NCBI RefSeq assembly: GCF_009914755.1
Contig: NC_060928.1
Source: the human T2T-CHM13v2.0 reference genome, Homo sapiens
Reading direction: 5' to 3' (one strand)
DNA length: 64,000 bases
Part shown: in pieces, positions 1 through 20,676 of the stretch
How positions within the stretch are numbered: the stretch's first letter is position 1
Layout of the letters: each line of letters opens with the position of its first letter
Notes under the pieces: generated by a model
The model's database searches: none
The model's input: the letters and a program-made list of their open reading frames with translations, nothing else
What the model was told of the DNA's origin: nothing
Position numbers and translations under genes: made by a program

Positions 1-515
1 ATAGAAATTAAATTTGCTTTTAAATAATATATTAATTTAAATGTAATTAGACTTATAATTGCAATAAAACATTTGAGTATTCATGATACAAATAAGACCA
101 TGTTTTAGCTTTGTAAAAATCATAAATAAAAAAAATTTAGACTTTTATAATTTCAAGTGGTTAAAAGGTTTTACAACCAATCTCAATGTGTGTAACATTC
201 TATGTAGAATAGCAAGAGTTCAGTTTTCGAAACTACTTAGTAATGAGATGCAAGTATCAGAAGAATGTTTATCTAGAAACCTGTCAGGTCCCTATCAATC
301 TTTAGACTTCAAAATTTTACAATTCTCTAACAGTATTAAAAGTTTTTCATGGCCTTCTTCTGAATGTTTTAATACGATTCCACTATTTGTAATATAAAAA
401 TACTGTTAGAATATGATCACTAATAAGAAAATTATTTTAGAAAGTAATATATTCAACTTTGAGTTAGTTTAGATAACCTTAGTGATGCAAAATATTTCAT
501 TAATATAAAGCAAGA

Positions 516-1187
<672 letters not shown>

Positions 1188-1480
1188 TCATGTCACTTTA
1201 AACATACAGTCTTCTGAAAGCAGAGACTAGAATTTCACATGATAGACCAAGTTCAAAATTTTTAAGATATAAAATATGTTAATCCATAAAAACAAAAGCA
1301 AAGATTGCAAACAGAATGTCTAAAATCTCCTTATTATAAAGAAGCATAAGGTATGTGTAAAATTAACATTGTGAATATGAATATACTACACTCAATCTTA
1401 ATGCCCACCGCCCTTCAAAAAACTTGTCTCTTCATTTTCTGAACTGTTAAGGAGGAAGAGGCTCTAAAGGTGGCAGAATA

Positions 1481-2466
<986 letters not shown>

Positions 2467-2634
2467 TCATTCTACCAAAAGAAACTAATGAGGCCAGCCA
2501 TGGTCTGAAACAATGCAAAAGCAAGTATCTAGATTCACAGAGGAAGTAGGTTTGCCCTGTTCTTTTAAGAGCTATAAAATGTCCGGTTGTTTTTAAATTA
2601 AAATTCCAGTGTTCATCCATATGTTTGGCATTAG

Positions 2635-2955
<321 letters not shown>

Positions 2956-2973
2956 AGGGAGACCTAATATTAA

Positions 2974-5681
<2,708 letters not shown>

Positions 5682-5698
5682 AGAAAAATGGAATATAT

Positions 5699-6345
<647 letters not shown>

Positions 6346-6664
6346 TTAAAATAAATCACTTGAATATGTATGAAAGAAAGTGTTTAAAATTATTTAAATA
6401 ACATTCTTTTAGAGCAATCCAAATTTCAATCACTTTCCCTCCCTCATTAGTGACTTATACTTGACACCGAAATGAACAATTTAAGCCTGAAATAGAGTTG
6501 TGAGAGAAAAAAAAGATCTATCTAAGAATCTTCATCCACTTTTGGATGAAGCCACCAAAAATAACTTGGAGCACACCAAAAACAATAACCACAACAATGA
6601 AGAACAAAAAGTGCTCTTTAATGTTTGTGGTATTCATCACAATGTATACAGCAAGAATGAAAAC

Positions 6665-7385
<721 letters not shown>

Positions 7386-9734
7386 CTATGTCTGATCCAT
7401 TCCAAAAAAGAGACTAAATTATAAACCCACTATGTGCGCCATACATTAAATGTATTAAGGTAAACAAAGGTGAATACCTAAAATAAAAATGCCACCTTAG
7501 TGAATAACTTGGAACCAAATCAGCTCTTTTACTCTCATCAGAAGTGTAAGTCATGGCTGGTCCTTAGCAAGCACTTTATTCTTCTAGGATCACTTGCTCA
7601 CAATTTAGGAAGAGATGTTCTCTCCATAACCGTGATAAGCATAAAATCTTAGATTCAGGTAGACATGTAAATTTAGATACAGAAATAAAACATTTGCTAA
7701 ATGATGATGTGATTAAAATGGATTTATAAATTTGTCATCTTGGCTGAAGAGCCAGGATGGGCTCAAGCCACCCAAATCACAGGGTCTGTTTACTAGAACT
7801 ATTATGAGGGTAAATACATTTCACAGGAAACAGTCAAGTGTTGAAAAGATGCTTATGACTGTGGAAAGGATTTTATGCTTGAATTTTAAATATGTGTAAT
7901 AAAACTACTTCTGTTAAATGCGGACTCTACTTACTAGACTTGCCTCTATAAAAATAGTTTGTCCTATTCCTATAATCAAATGCACCCATTATGTCATATA
8001 ACTTCCTGTAAGAATATATACAAACTAAACACTTCGAGGTTATAGACAATCTGTTGGGATAATGTTACGATGTTGCAGGTTTCAACTATAAAATTCTAGT
8101 GCTTGTTTAACTCATAAAAATGCTCCTCAGAGAATATAAGTATGTGGTTCCCTCTGATCTTATTCTTAAGGTAGAGTACACATTATTTTTCTTTGGGCAC
8201 CTCCTCTCTGATTACAATTATGTTGTTATAGAGCTTCATTGCTAATTTAGGAAAAGTTTCTTCAACCTGTACGTAGCATTGAAAAATTATCAAAAGTAAA
8301 AGAATATCGTCTCCAAAGGGGTAGAGGATACAGCCATCTCCTTAGTAGCTTTGTGTTGAAGTTTTCCTTCCATTCTCTTTTCTAATATAAATTATGCTGC
8401 ATCAGATGAAAAAAATAAATGAGACTAAAAAAGAATCCGAAAGAGAGCAGAGATTCAATAGAAAACATCAAGGGAAGAGGTTGATCTCCTTTGTCAACTT
8501 TAAGGTGAGATTTAAAGAAAAATAACATTCCGTTGTCCTTTGCTATAATCATGAAGAAACATTGATATGTTAACTATCTTCTTTGCCTCTCATGCTGAGG
8601 TGTGATGAAATGACTAGCAAAGTATTTTCAAAATTTCAATTATTCCCATGAGATTGTCATTCTAGCATTACAACTTCCTTAAATGCATTTAAATTGGTAT
8701 TACTTTAGTGTTACATTTTACCAGGAGCAATTTTGTTGTGTGGGAATTAAATTTGCAAAACAGATCTTCCCAAAAGTAAACAAATAAAAGAAGTCATTGA
8801 AATTCCTTCACACCCAAGCTCCCTCTTTATAGCTTTCCCTTTGTCTTGCTCCCTCTAGTTCTCATTCTCTTTCTACATCTTCCCATTTTTCCTTTTTTTA
8901 CTTCCCACTCTATTCTTTTACTTTTCAAATGAGTTGATTACCATAGACATTTTTCTTCACACGCACACACAAGACACACACACACACATCATGCACCACT
9001 CACCCCACTGCATCTGCTACTGATTGGCTGCTTCTGAAAGGACAAAGGGTCAGTTAGAGAAGCCATCCTTCAGTTTGCATACAAAGATCTGGCAGACTGG
9101 CTGAAATTGGTAGAAGTAACTGTCATTAGAACGCTACAGAAAATGAAGTAATTGGATCCATATGTGCTGGTTTACACGCTTTTAAAAAGGAAGTAACTTC
9201 AACGCGTAGCTCTGATTTTAGTAAGAAAGGGTGCAGATGTAAAAGCACACACCTACAATTATTTATCTAATTTACTTCTTGGCAAGTTAGTATACCACTT
9301 TTTTTTTTCAGTTTTTTCCTAGTAACTCACAGAACAAGTACTCCAATCTTTAATGGAGATTTTGTATCCATAGATGTTTGTACTTGTGTTATAGAGTAAT
9401 TGCATGTTTTAAAGCTATTTACAAGAAAGTAGTATTCTAACCTAGATAATTTTCATTTAGTACATACATATTTTATAACTCTATAACTACTATATTCTGC
9501 AAAATAGGATTTGACTAGGAGTTCAGCCGAGTCAGAAATCCAATGTGATATGTATATTTGAAGACAAAACTACGAACACAATTTAAAATTTAAATAAAGC
9601 TTCAATAAAAATATAAAATAATTTTCACTATAAATATTAAAGGAAACGACACAAGGCTTAAAGTATAATAAGGATTGTTTTATATCTGCAGCAGCGAAGA
9701 GGTAGCAAGCAACTAACAACAAGAACTCTAGGGT

Positions 9735-9905
9735 CTCACTGGTTTCAAATCCTAGCTCTGTTGTTTCCTAGATATGTAACCTTGGATAAATCTCTCTTCT
9801 CTATACTCCAGTTTCCTAATTTGTAAAATACGCACAAGAGGATATTATGAGGATTAAATGAGATAATTCAAATAAAGTTCCTACAACAATTCCTGGTACA
9901 TAACA
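9735..9905 (+). mobile_element. MIR SINE (similar remnants at ~15600-15770, 16420-16620, 26270-26460, 44250-44410)
   Basis: ttcaaatcctagctctg...gtaaccttggataa...cagtttcct...gtaaaat...tgaggattaaatgagataa. Confidence 0.7.
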
Positions 9906-10056
9906 GGTGATATAGAGATGATCTTTCATATTAAGGTTGCTTTTAACAAAACCTATTACTGGGGCACATTTTGTTCTATCACTAACTTGCTTTGGACTTC
10001 AATAAGTCACTTAATGCCAGTTTTCTCATTTGTAAAATGGATGCGGATTGGACTTC

Positions 10057-10365
10057 ATTTTTTTTTTTTTTTTTTTTTTTTTGAGATGAAGTCTCCCTCT
10101 GTAACCCAGGCTGGAGTGCAGTGGCGTGATCTCTGCTCACTTGACCTCCACCTCCTGGGGTCAAGCTATTCTCCTGCCTCAGCCTCCCAAGTACCTGGGA
10201 TTACAGGTGCCCACCACCACACCCAGCTAACTTTTTTGTATTTTTAGTAGAGACAGGGTTTCACCATGTTGGCCAGGCTGGTTTCAAACTCCTGACCTCA
10301 AGTGATCCATCTGCCTTGTCCTCCCAAAGTGCTAGGATTACAGGCTTGAGCCACCATGCCTGGCC
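10057..10365 (-). mobile_element. AluS
   Basis: Poly(T) plus antisense Alu; TSD tggacttcattttt. Confidence 0.9.
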
Positions 10366-10393
10366 TGGACTTCATTTTTAACATTCTTCCTAG

Positions 10394-10394
<1 letters not shown>

Positions 10395-10440
<46 letters not shown>
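10395..10440 (+). repeat. (GATA)11 microsatellite
   Basis: Perfect GATA run. Confidence 0.95.
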
Positions 10441-11140
10441 ATACATGTATAATATACACACATATATAATATATACATATATATAATATATATTTTCTAT
10501 GACCTTACTGGACTTCAAAAGTACACAAGATAGTTTAAATATTGTTGTGTGTGATATGGGCTTAACAAATCTAAAATCCTCATAGTCATTGAGTAACTAA
10601 TCACAAACATTTCTTGTTTAGGTACCAAGTTTGGGGAATGCAGAGGTAATAGGATAATGAATAATAATAAAATACACCTTCTAGCCAGGTCAGGAGGCAC
10701 AACAGAGAACTGTATCCAACATTCTTATAAAATAGCCTGTGTGGGTACTCACTGTAAAAAAGGAGAGAGTTGGCAATCGTTCTTGACTAGTTATCGGGAT
10801 GAAAGTCAGGCAAAGCATGGCAGTGCTAGACAACCAGGCTGAGTATCCCAGGATAACATTAATTGGACTAGATTCTCTGGAAAAGAGAAATGATATTTTT
10901 GCAGCATCTCACTAGAGAGTGAAATCAAGGTCCAAAAAGAAAGAATGAAAGTCTCGAATACTGATCAACAAGGTTTTCTGTACTTTGTTAATCACACATT
11001 AATTGGCATGCTATTACCCTCATGTGTTTGGGACATAATGTTTTGGTATTATATTTTTCTTTTTCATAAAGTGCAACAAAATCCCTGCATATACTAAGTA
11101 TTCATTTCATTTTGATTAAATAAATTTATGAGCCCTCTTA

Positions 11141-11788
<648 letters not shown>

Positions 11789-14460
11789 TTAAATAAAGAA
11801 TCTGATAAAATAATTTGACCAAAGCCAAATGATTTAGTGACAGAAGCCAGGACTAAACACTCAAGTTGTGTTACCTGTAAAGTCAAGTCATCCTATTTCC
11901 ATTATACTAAACTACCTTCACTTTTGTTCATGAACAAAATCACCAAGCCTAATTTCAAATACAAAATTTCTGATTTATTTGTTTAATGCTAAACACTAGG
12001 CCATTCAAGCAGTGTAGTTCAAAAAAGATTCAAAATTTCATGTATTTCAAAGTCTTAAATATGCACTTAAAGAATTCCAGCCCAGAGTTTACTAGCAGTT
12101 TTATATTTTATATAATTTATCCAGTAAACAATAATTGTTGCTTAGGAATCACTTGGGTTTATTATGAAAATTCCTGAGACTGTTTTTGACTAAATAAGCA
12201 CCTAAACAATGTTGAAAGTGGGGATGGAGAGGATGAACCCAAATGTGTCTCACATTTTTTATTTAAAGAGAAGTATTACTAGATAGGATCTCTTTTATTC
12301 ACTTGAATTATTTATATATAATTTGTTCTTCATTAGAAAACCATCTAAAGATCACCATTATCTCTTTTAATTTCTCACAATACCAGAAGGTCTTCTTCAT
12401 GCCATTTGGCCAATCACTTCAGTCAAGTAGCCTGGGTAAGAATCACCACAATATAGGGATGTCTGAATATTCCGCATATGTTGCTACCTCTGTTATTTTT
12501 GTACACAATATAAAGAATCTATTACTCGTACTCCTATGTTATTTTTCTCAGGTTTGCCAGACATATGAGGGTTAGGAAGGTATTCATACTCTCAAAAGTG
12601 TATGCCTTTTTTGGACTTATGGGTTCTTGCAAAAATATATGTTTTGGCTCAGATATTAGGCTGATGCAGCATTTATGATCAGTAATGTTTTTTCAACCAG
12701 CACATGTGCCCAAGGAGATCCTGGGAAAATTTTTGAATGAGCATTGTACTGAATAAATGTTTTACCACACTCAATATTTGAATTTTATACATTTGATATG
12801 TCCGACACATCTAATCCATCATTTCCTCTAAGCAAGGAGAATGCCAATTTTGCTCACACAAGTTTTCAAAACTAACAATTTTTTGATTTACTATGATGCT
12901 ATTTTCTATAACTTTGGCTGTTAGCTTTCCACTTGGTGCTATTTCACTTCCAAGAATGGCAGTAGATTAGGTAGGCCTAGGAGAACTAATTAAGAATTAA
13001 TTAAATAATAAAATTAAGTAAATGCTTAGTTAATTAATTGGAGAATTAAGGAAGGCCTAAAAGAACTAATGTAGAGAATGAAAACTAAAAAGCATTACAT
13101 TGGTCTATACCAAGAAGTGGTCAAAATGGAACAAAGGATCAAAAGAAAAATACATACCAAAACCAGGTCAGTCCAGCAAGAGTCAGAAAGCAGAAAAACA
13201 TAGTGGTCTGAAATCCAGCGAGGGTCAGAAAGCAGAGAAATGGAAGAAATAGGAAGCCAGAAAGAAAGAAGGCCACAGGCAGATACCTGAGGTTAAAACA
13301 AAGTATTGGCAAGGGGTAGTGAACACCATCCAAACAATCAGTAATCAAATAGGAAACACACTTGAGAAGATACACTCTAAATTGAGCCACATTCTGTCTC
13401 CACCAGGATTAGCTTTAAATGCTTCCATCTGAGGGCAGGAGCTAATCCCACCACAAATAGAGACAGGTGTGCTAACCAGGAATCATGAGCTGATCCTCAT
13501 AAGATTAAGATCTTCTTTACTACACTAGCGTGGTTAGCGTGGAATTTTGCTGATTCATCAAGTACGACATTGAAAATATAGCAGTGAAGAAAGCAGTTAA
13601 AACTTCCTACCCTCATGAAGTTTACATTCTATAGAGTTAGACAAATCCCAGGTTAGAGAGTGTAGTTACAAGACACAGATTTTCAGACTTGAAAGGTAAC
13701 CTAGTTTCTACCCTTAACTTAGGTCAAGTTCCATAAATTCCATAAACGGCCATCTTAGTACTTGCTGTAATTAATTCCTGAATTCACCTCATTTTTTATC
13801 TTTTTCACTTTTCCAGGTAAATATTTTTCACATATTCTTTTTCTTCATTACAACTTTCGTTTCTGGAGCCATACTGGTTTTAAGTTCTCACCCATGCATT
13901 CTTTTTAATATCTCATGATTTTCATACTCGATTGAATATGATTCAATATTTCTAGACTCTGGAGAAGACACCAAAATGGGAAAGAACAAGTTTGTTCATT
14001 CAAGGAGTTTTTATTTCTGCAGGATTCCATACGTGCTCAAGAAACTGTCAGACCAGGATGAATGTATTATGGCCCACGAGGGACGCATTAAATGCTATGG
14101 TGATGAAAAGGCTATGATAACAGGAAAATTTCCAGATCCCTGAAACATGACTAAAATCACTTCAGTTGGTAGGAATCAGGAAATGCTTATAGAGAAAATT
14201 CAATTAATTTATAAGAAAATTTAATTAATTAAATTTAATGAATGAGCATTATATTCATCATATAGTGACATGTCTGGTTCCTGATTTTATCCCTAGTATG
14301 CACAACAAAGCCTGGGACACAAAAGTAGTTTAAGTACTCTACAAATATTTGTTGAACTGATCTGGAATGATTGATTAAACCCTGAAGAACTTGTAGGACT
14401 TCAATTAAGGAAAATTGGAACAAACCCAGCAGATTTTTTTTCTAAAGAAAAGAAACACAA

Positions 14461-15562
<1,102 letters not shown>

Positions 15563-15855
15563 TTAGGGCACAAGATCCAAATCAAAGAGATAAGAGGCCC
15601 AGGACTGAGAGACACAGGCCTCATATTAACTTTGCTATGAGCTATTTTATCTGGGGCAAATCACTTAATCCTCTGAGTTTGTTGCCTTTTCTGTAAAATG
15701 AAGATAGAGCTTACATCATAAGATTATGATGTGTAAACAAAATAACATTTGTTAAATACCTGGCATATATAGTATACTACTATAAAATAAGTATATATTT
15801 ATTGGATTATACAGAGAATATTTATATCCTTATAGAATATATGTAGGTACAGAAA

Positions 15856-16313
15856 TGTATTGATTTCCTAGGGCTGTTATAACAAAGTGCCACAGACTGG
15901 GTGGCTTAAAATAACATAAATTTGTTCTTTCAAATTCAGGAGGCTAGAAGTCCAAAATCAAAGTGTCAGTAGTGTTGATTTTTGGAAACTCAGAGAATGA
16001 TTTTGTTCCATGTCTCTCCCCTAACTTCTGGTGGTTGCTGGCTATCTTTGGCATTGGTTCCTTGGTTCACGGTAGCATAACTCTCATCTTTGCCTCTATC
16101 ATCACAGAGCTCCTCCCCACCTGTCCCTGTGTGTCTCTGTCTCTTCTTTTTGCTATAAGGACAGCCGCCATATTGGATTTAGGACCCACCCTACTCCAGT
16201 ATGACCTCAATCTTAACTGATTACATTTGCAATGACCCTATTTCAAAATAAGGCCACATTCTGGGTTCCAGATGGACATAAATTTTATGGGGCACAATAT
16301 TCAACCTCGTACA
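15856..16313 (-). mobile_element. MaLR solo LTR (MLT1, MLT1C-like)
   Basis: TG...CA ends, typical MLT1 text (cctagggctgttataacaaagtgccacagactgggtggcttaa). 5-bp TSD AGAAA at 15851-55 and 16314-18. Confidence 0.8.
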
Positions 16314-18539
16314 AGAAATATATTGCTAACTTATCTTTTGTTTTATAATAGCTTCAATAGGCTTTTTTTTTTTTTTTTTTTTTCTTTTTTAAGAACTGGG
16401 ATTGGGGCCTTAAAAGGGAGGATAGCGAAATGTTTGAGGGCTGAGATTATGGAATTTGGATCCCATCTATTCCTCTTCCGGTCATCTAGCCCTTGGAGGC
16501 TACACCTCTTTAGCTGTCAGTTTTCTCATCTGGTAAACAGGGAGTCATGATACTTCAGAGTGTTTTGGGGAGGATTATGCGAAGTAACATATGCAACACA
16601 CTTAACATAGGATTTGGCCCGGGGCACAGCCCTTGCCTCCCTCACAAAGGCTGTCTGTAGGATAGAAGTCTAGGTTTGTGTTCCTGTAAACAAAGAAGAT
16701 GCCTTGTTCTCTTATACTTGCAGGCTGAAAGTGCTGTTTGCAGAGCCAGTTGCATTGTTCTGACACTTTCCTACCAATATTTCTCCATACCTAGTTATTC
16801 AGTACTAAGATGAATGATTTATTGCTATTGTTGACTCACATTCCACAGAAATGCTGGATCACTTTTCATTGTACCTCCATGTCTAACATTTCAGTTGCTC
16901 ATTGACTGTATAATCACTTTATTACTATACTCCAAAAGTCAACTATTTAAACAACATCTTTTTGTTTGTCTTTTTGAAAGACTAATTTTAAAACATGTAA
17001 ATAAATCATGTGTAAATTTTCATGAGTTTAATACATAATCACTCTTTCAGGTAGAAAACCAGGTATTTTATCACATCTTTTTTCTTTTAATGAGAAAAAT
17101 AATGTTCTATGTGGTTAGATGACTTAAATATAACAGTTTGCTCTGTCCTGATCAGTGGAGATATGTATCTTCCACAGCACTGGTGCATATTAGTGATATT
17201 CTAGGAATTCATTGTTGATCACCTGGTAATGAAATATAAAAATTTTAGTCAATATTTGCTCTCTGTGGTAGGTCTCTATCTTATCTATAAAGACTCACTA
17301 CTAAACCTTTGAATAGACTTAAAACTTGGCCTGAAAATATAGTGCCAAAATCTATATTGATCTCTTATTGATTTAACATTCAACTTTGTTAGCATGCTGT
17401 TTTCCTGAATGCTGTACTAAGAAGACTGGGGCGGGAAATGGGGAGGGATTTAAAAATCTGAATAAACTCTTTGCCATTCTTAAGTCACTTGTATATCATG
17501 AGTTCAAACTCTATTGTATTCCATTGATTTTATGAAGCAATGGACAGCATGGTAAAGTAGGACCCTTTAACACTATGCTTGCAGTCCCCAAACAGGTCAA
17601 TATATTCTCAAGACTTCAATAAAGTGAATTTAAGAATTTTTGTATGCCATCGCCTATTATAAACTTCATGCCTAACTAGACAGGCAGGGAAATTTACAGA
17701 TTGACTTATAAAATCAAGACAAATTGTGCATTAAATTCAAACCTCAGGAAGCCCCAAGGTTATGTACCAACTACCTGAGTCTAAAGAAGCCAAATACAAC
17801 AAAATTCCTAATGGTTCAAAACAAATTACACATGCTTTAGAGCTAGTACTTTGGCTGTACTTGTGTTTCAAGGCATACCTATACTATTCTTTTGGCATTT
17901 TGCATTTTACCTAAAATATGTTCGATATGGATGTTATAAATGGAATTTATTATACTTACATAATAAGTATAGTCATTTCCATTTATAACAGCTGTATCTG
18001 ATATATAAGGGAGCACTTGAAACAAAAAGAGATCTTGGTGCATGTGTGTAAAAGACAAGGCTAGACTGTTTTTGTGTTTTCTGAATTCACTGGGAGATGA
18101 ACTAAGACTTGTTTTCTCCATCTCCAATTTCTGTGACTGTGGTATGTTAGCCTGGTATTCCACCACATATAAATTTTTAACCGAACACAGATTTCATGAG
18201 TTTGTGGCTTGCCTGAACTTCCTTTTTTAAAATCCTGGACATTTGCAGATGAAAATAATCTGTTACTTTTAAAACTGCACTTTACAAAATATTAATATAA
18301 ATGTATATGTTTTGCAGATTTATTTCAAAACATTCTAAATTCCAAAAATCTTTACTGTTACAAACCCAGTGAATTAGGCAATTTGGAGAGTTCGTGTAAA
18401 CAGGCACTACTTTGCAGTAAGTTTGGTAAAGATAAAGCATTTCAGCACATGTTCTGCCACAAAGCATTTGGGACTCTTATGTTAGAGCTTCAGAATTCCT
18501 TCTGAAAAAGACAAAAGAGAGACTTCCTGTCATTTCCAC

Positions 18540-18850
18540 TGGTTTCTGCATGTGGGACCAATATGGGCAAAGTTTAAACAGATGCAAATGGTAAGGGGAG
18601 GAGGCAGTGTCACGTCTTGTTTTACGTATTTCTTCATATCCAGATTGAATTTAAGTCATTCTCTTCTTGGAGCTTTTGGAGTACACTTCCACTAAAGTTA
18701 TAGCATGCTTGAATGGTTTATTTCACCAATATTTGCTTATGGAAATAAAGGGGAGTGGCCGAGGAGAAAGGAGAAGAGGAGTGGAGGAGGGGTTTGAGGC
18801 TGAGGGAGGCTCTGACCACAGCACAGAGCACCGGCAACTTTGTCTAATGT
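18540..18850 (+). promoter_or_regulatory. Putative APELA proximal promoter with perfect octamer
   Basis: ATGCAAAT at 18582-18589, CCAAT at 18558-62, GTCACGTC near 18608 and a GA-rich stretch at 18745-18810. Repeat-free region directly upstream of exon 1. Confidence 0.45.
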
Positions 18851-18999
18851 GATCATTAACCTTCCTGCAAAACACAGCTGGCAGTTCTCTGAGGTTTGTC
18901 ACTAGAATGTGAAGACAGCCACACAGATATTGCACAGACTATTTACAGATCGTTTGGTTTACATTGAGAGTCATTGCTCTACTTTTGTGCGGTAGGAAA

Positions 19000-19075
19000 A
19001 TGAGATTTCAGCAATTCCTTTTTGCATTTTTTATTTTTATTATGAGTCTTCTCCTTATCAGCGGACAGAGACCAG
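19000..19075 (+). CDS. APELA: APELA (Elabela/Toddler) coding exon 1: signal peptide and start of mature peptide
   Basis: ATG at 19000 with A at -3 (gaaaATGa). Translates MRFQQFLFAFFIFIMSLLLISGQRP plus 1 nt and ends at donor CAG|GTAGG (GT 19076-77, phase 1). The N-terminus is hydrophobic, and the sequence is recognised as human APELA. Confidence 0.97.
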
Positions 19076-19802
19076 GTAGGCCTTTGATACATTTGTACAA
19101 GTAACTTGTTTTGCCTGTTTGCATCCCTGGGTCTCTGAGCATGATTGTGTTTATCTGAAAACCACTTAGGTGTGCTTGCAGTTAGTAGTATTGGGGATAA
19201 ATGTGTAGGATTTTGAAAGTATGCTATCTATCCTGTTGGGTCTATTATTTCAATATTTTAAAAACATCTGGACTTTGAAATGATAAGTATTTTACCACTA
19301 TTTTTCCTAAATGCCAAGAAAATAGATCTCTAAGCTATTGCAGATTATGTTGTCTTTACAAGTAAAATGAAACAGAAGTGTTCGTCTATTCATTATAAAG
19401 GTAAATAAATGTATAGATTTTTAGGTAAAATGCAAACTCCAAAGCAGTTTATTTAAAAAGTATGTTGCTGCCCAGAGTAGGGGCTGAATTAACATACAAA
19501 AAGCATAATGCAACAAAATGCAGATTAAATCTTAAAACAGGTCAATAGCTGTCATTTCTAATTATGTAACTAGGCATGTCACTTAAAACAAATAAGTGCA
19601 GTTTTTATTATTATGCTTATACAGCTAAAAAGCATCAAAAATATGTATGATAAAGATACATAATATTAATTTACTTGACATGTTTTCAAAGATGATATCA
19701 AGTATATTGTACTTAACCAACAGAAATTTAGTACACAAAAGTATTCTAATGTACTTTTACTTCAAAACCAAACAGCTAAGATTTCAAAGAACCAGTAAGT
19801 TT

Positions 19803-19891
19803 GAAAAAAAAAAGAAAGAAAAGAGAGAAAAGAAGAGAGAAAGAAAGAAAGAAAGAAACAGAAAAAAGAAAGAAAGAAAGAAAGAAAGAAA
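19803..19891 (+). repeat. (GAAA)n purine tract in APELA intron 1
   Basis: A/G low-complexity run. Confidence 0.9.
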
Positions 19892-20587
19892 TTAGAAAGT
19901 TAAAGTTTTCTGAACCACAAACCCAACTTTAAATAAAAAGGTGGTAATATTTACATCCAAATATGTTAAATTATTCACTTGATAATATACTTCTTCAGTT
20001 AGAACAGAAAACGATGCATCACTTGTTAAAAATTCAGACTTTGCTTTTTAGTGAATTAGAAGTTTGATCACTGTGAGTTTATTTCGAATGATGTCCCCTG
20101 GTCTGTGCTTTTACATAAGTAAGAAAAAAGTTCCAATTCAGCAACTCTGAGAAAGCAGCTTGATCCCTTCTCATTGTTTACAGCAGTCACTATTCAAACC
20201 ATTTATACTTTTCAGAAATACACAGTAGCTTTGACAATGTTCTTACAAAATATTTGTGATTAATTTACTACATAAAATAAAAGGTCTAGGAGCATTTAGG
20301 AAAAAATCATTCAAAAGGAGGAGGATATTACTATTAAGATGTTGCTATGTTGCTCAACGATGGAGTTAAAAAAATAGGAGTAAAAGAAGATCTTGCTATT
20401 AACATTAACTGTTAGGAACACCCCTTGTGTATATGCATCACATTGGTTTTTAATTTTATAATCACATTTGAACAAATGGCAAATAACCACAATCTAGTTT
20501 GGCTCCAAAATATGTTTGCATTGTCTAGATTAAACAACAATTAAGCCTCTGAAAAATGCTCCTAATACTTCTCTCTTTTTCCTTCAG

Positions 20588-20676
20588 TTAATTTGACCAT
20601 GAGAAGAAAACTGCGCAAACACAATTGCCTTCAGAGGAGATGTATGCCTCTCCATTCACGAGTACCCTTTCCCTGA
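20588..20676 (+). CDS. APELA: APELA coding exon 2: mature hormone C-terminus (V)NLTMRRKLRKHNCLQRRCMPLHSRVPFP*
   Basis: Polypyrimidine tract and CAG acceptor (cttctctctttttccttcag, AG 20586-87). Phase matches exon 1 (76+89=165 nt = 54 aa + TGA at 20674-76). Donor GAG|GTATTT at 20678. The C-terminus CMPLHSRVPFP is the ELA-11 sequence. Confidence 0.97.

Noticed and set aside
13100-13500. Possible ancient LTR with repeated gtcagaaagcaga
   Set aside because: Family and ends could not be assigned by eye.
18558-18567. Possible CArG box ccaatatgg
   Set aside because: Only five A/T bases between CC and GG, so not CC(A/T)6GG.
18667-18935. ORFs overlapping the APELA promoter/5'UTR (18667-18852 +, 18723-18935 -)
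   Set aside because: Non-ATG starts and no recognisable protein features.
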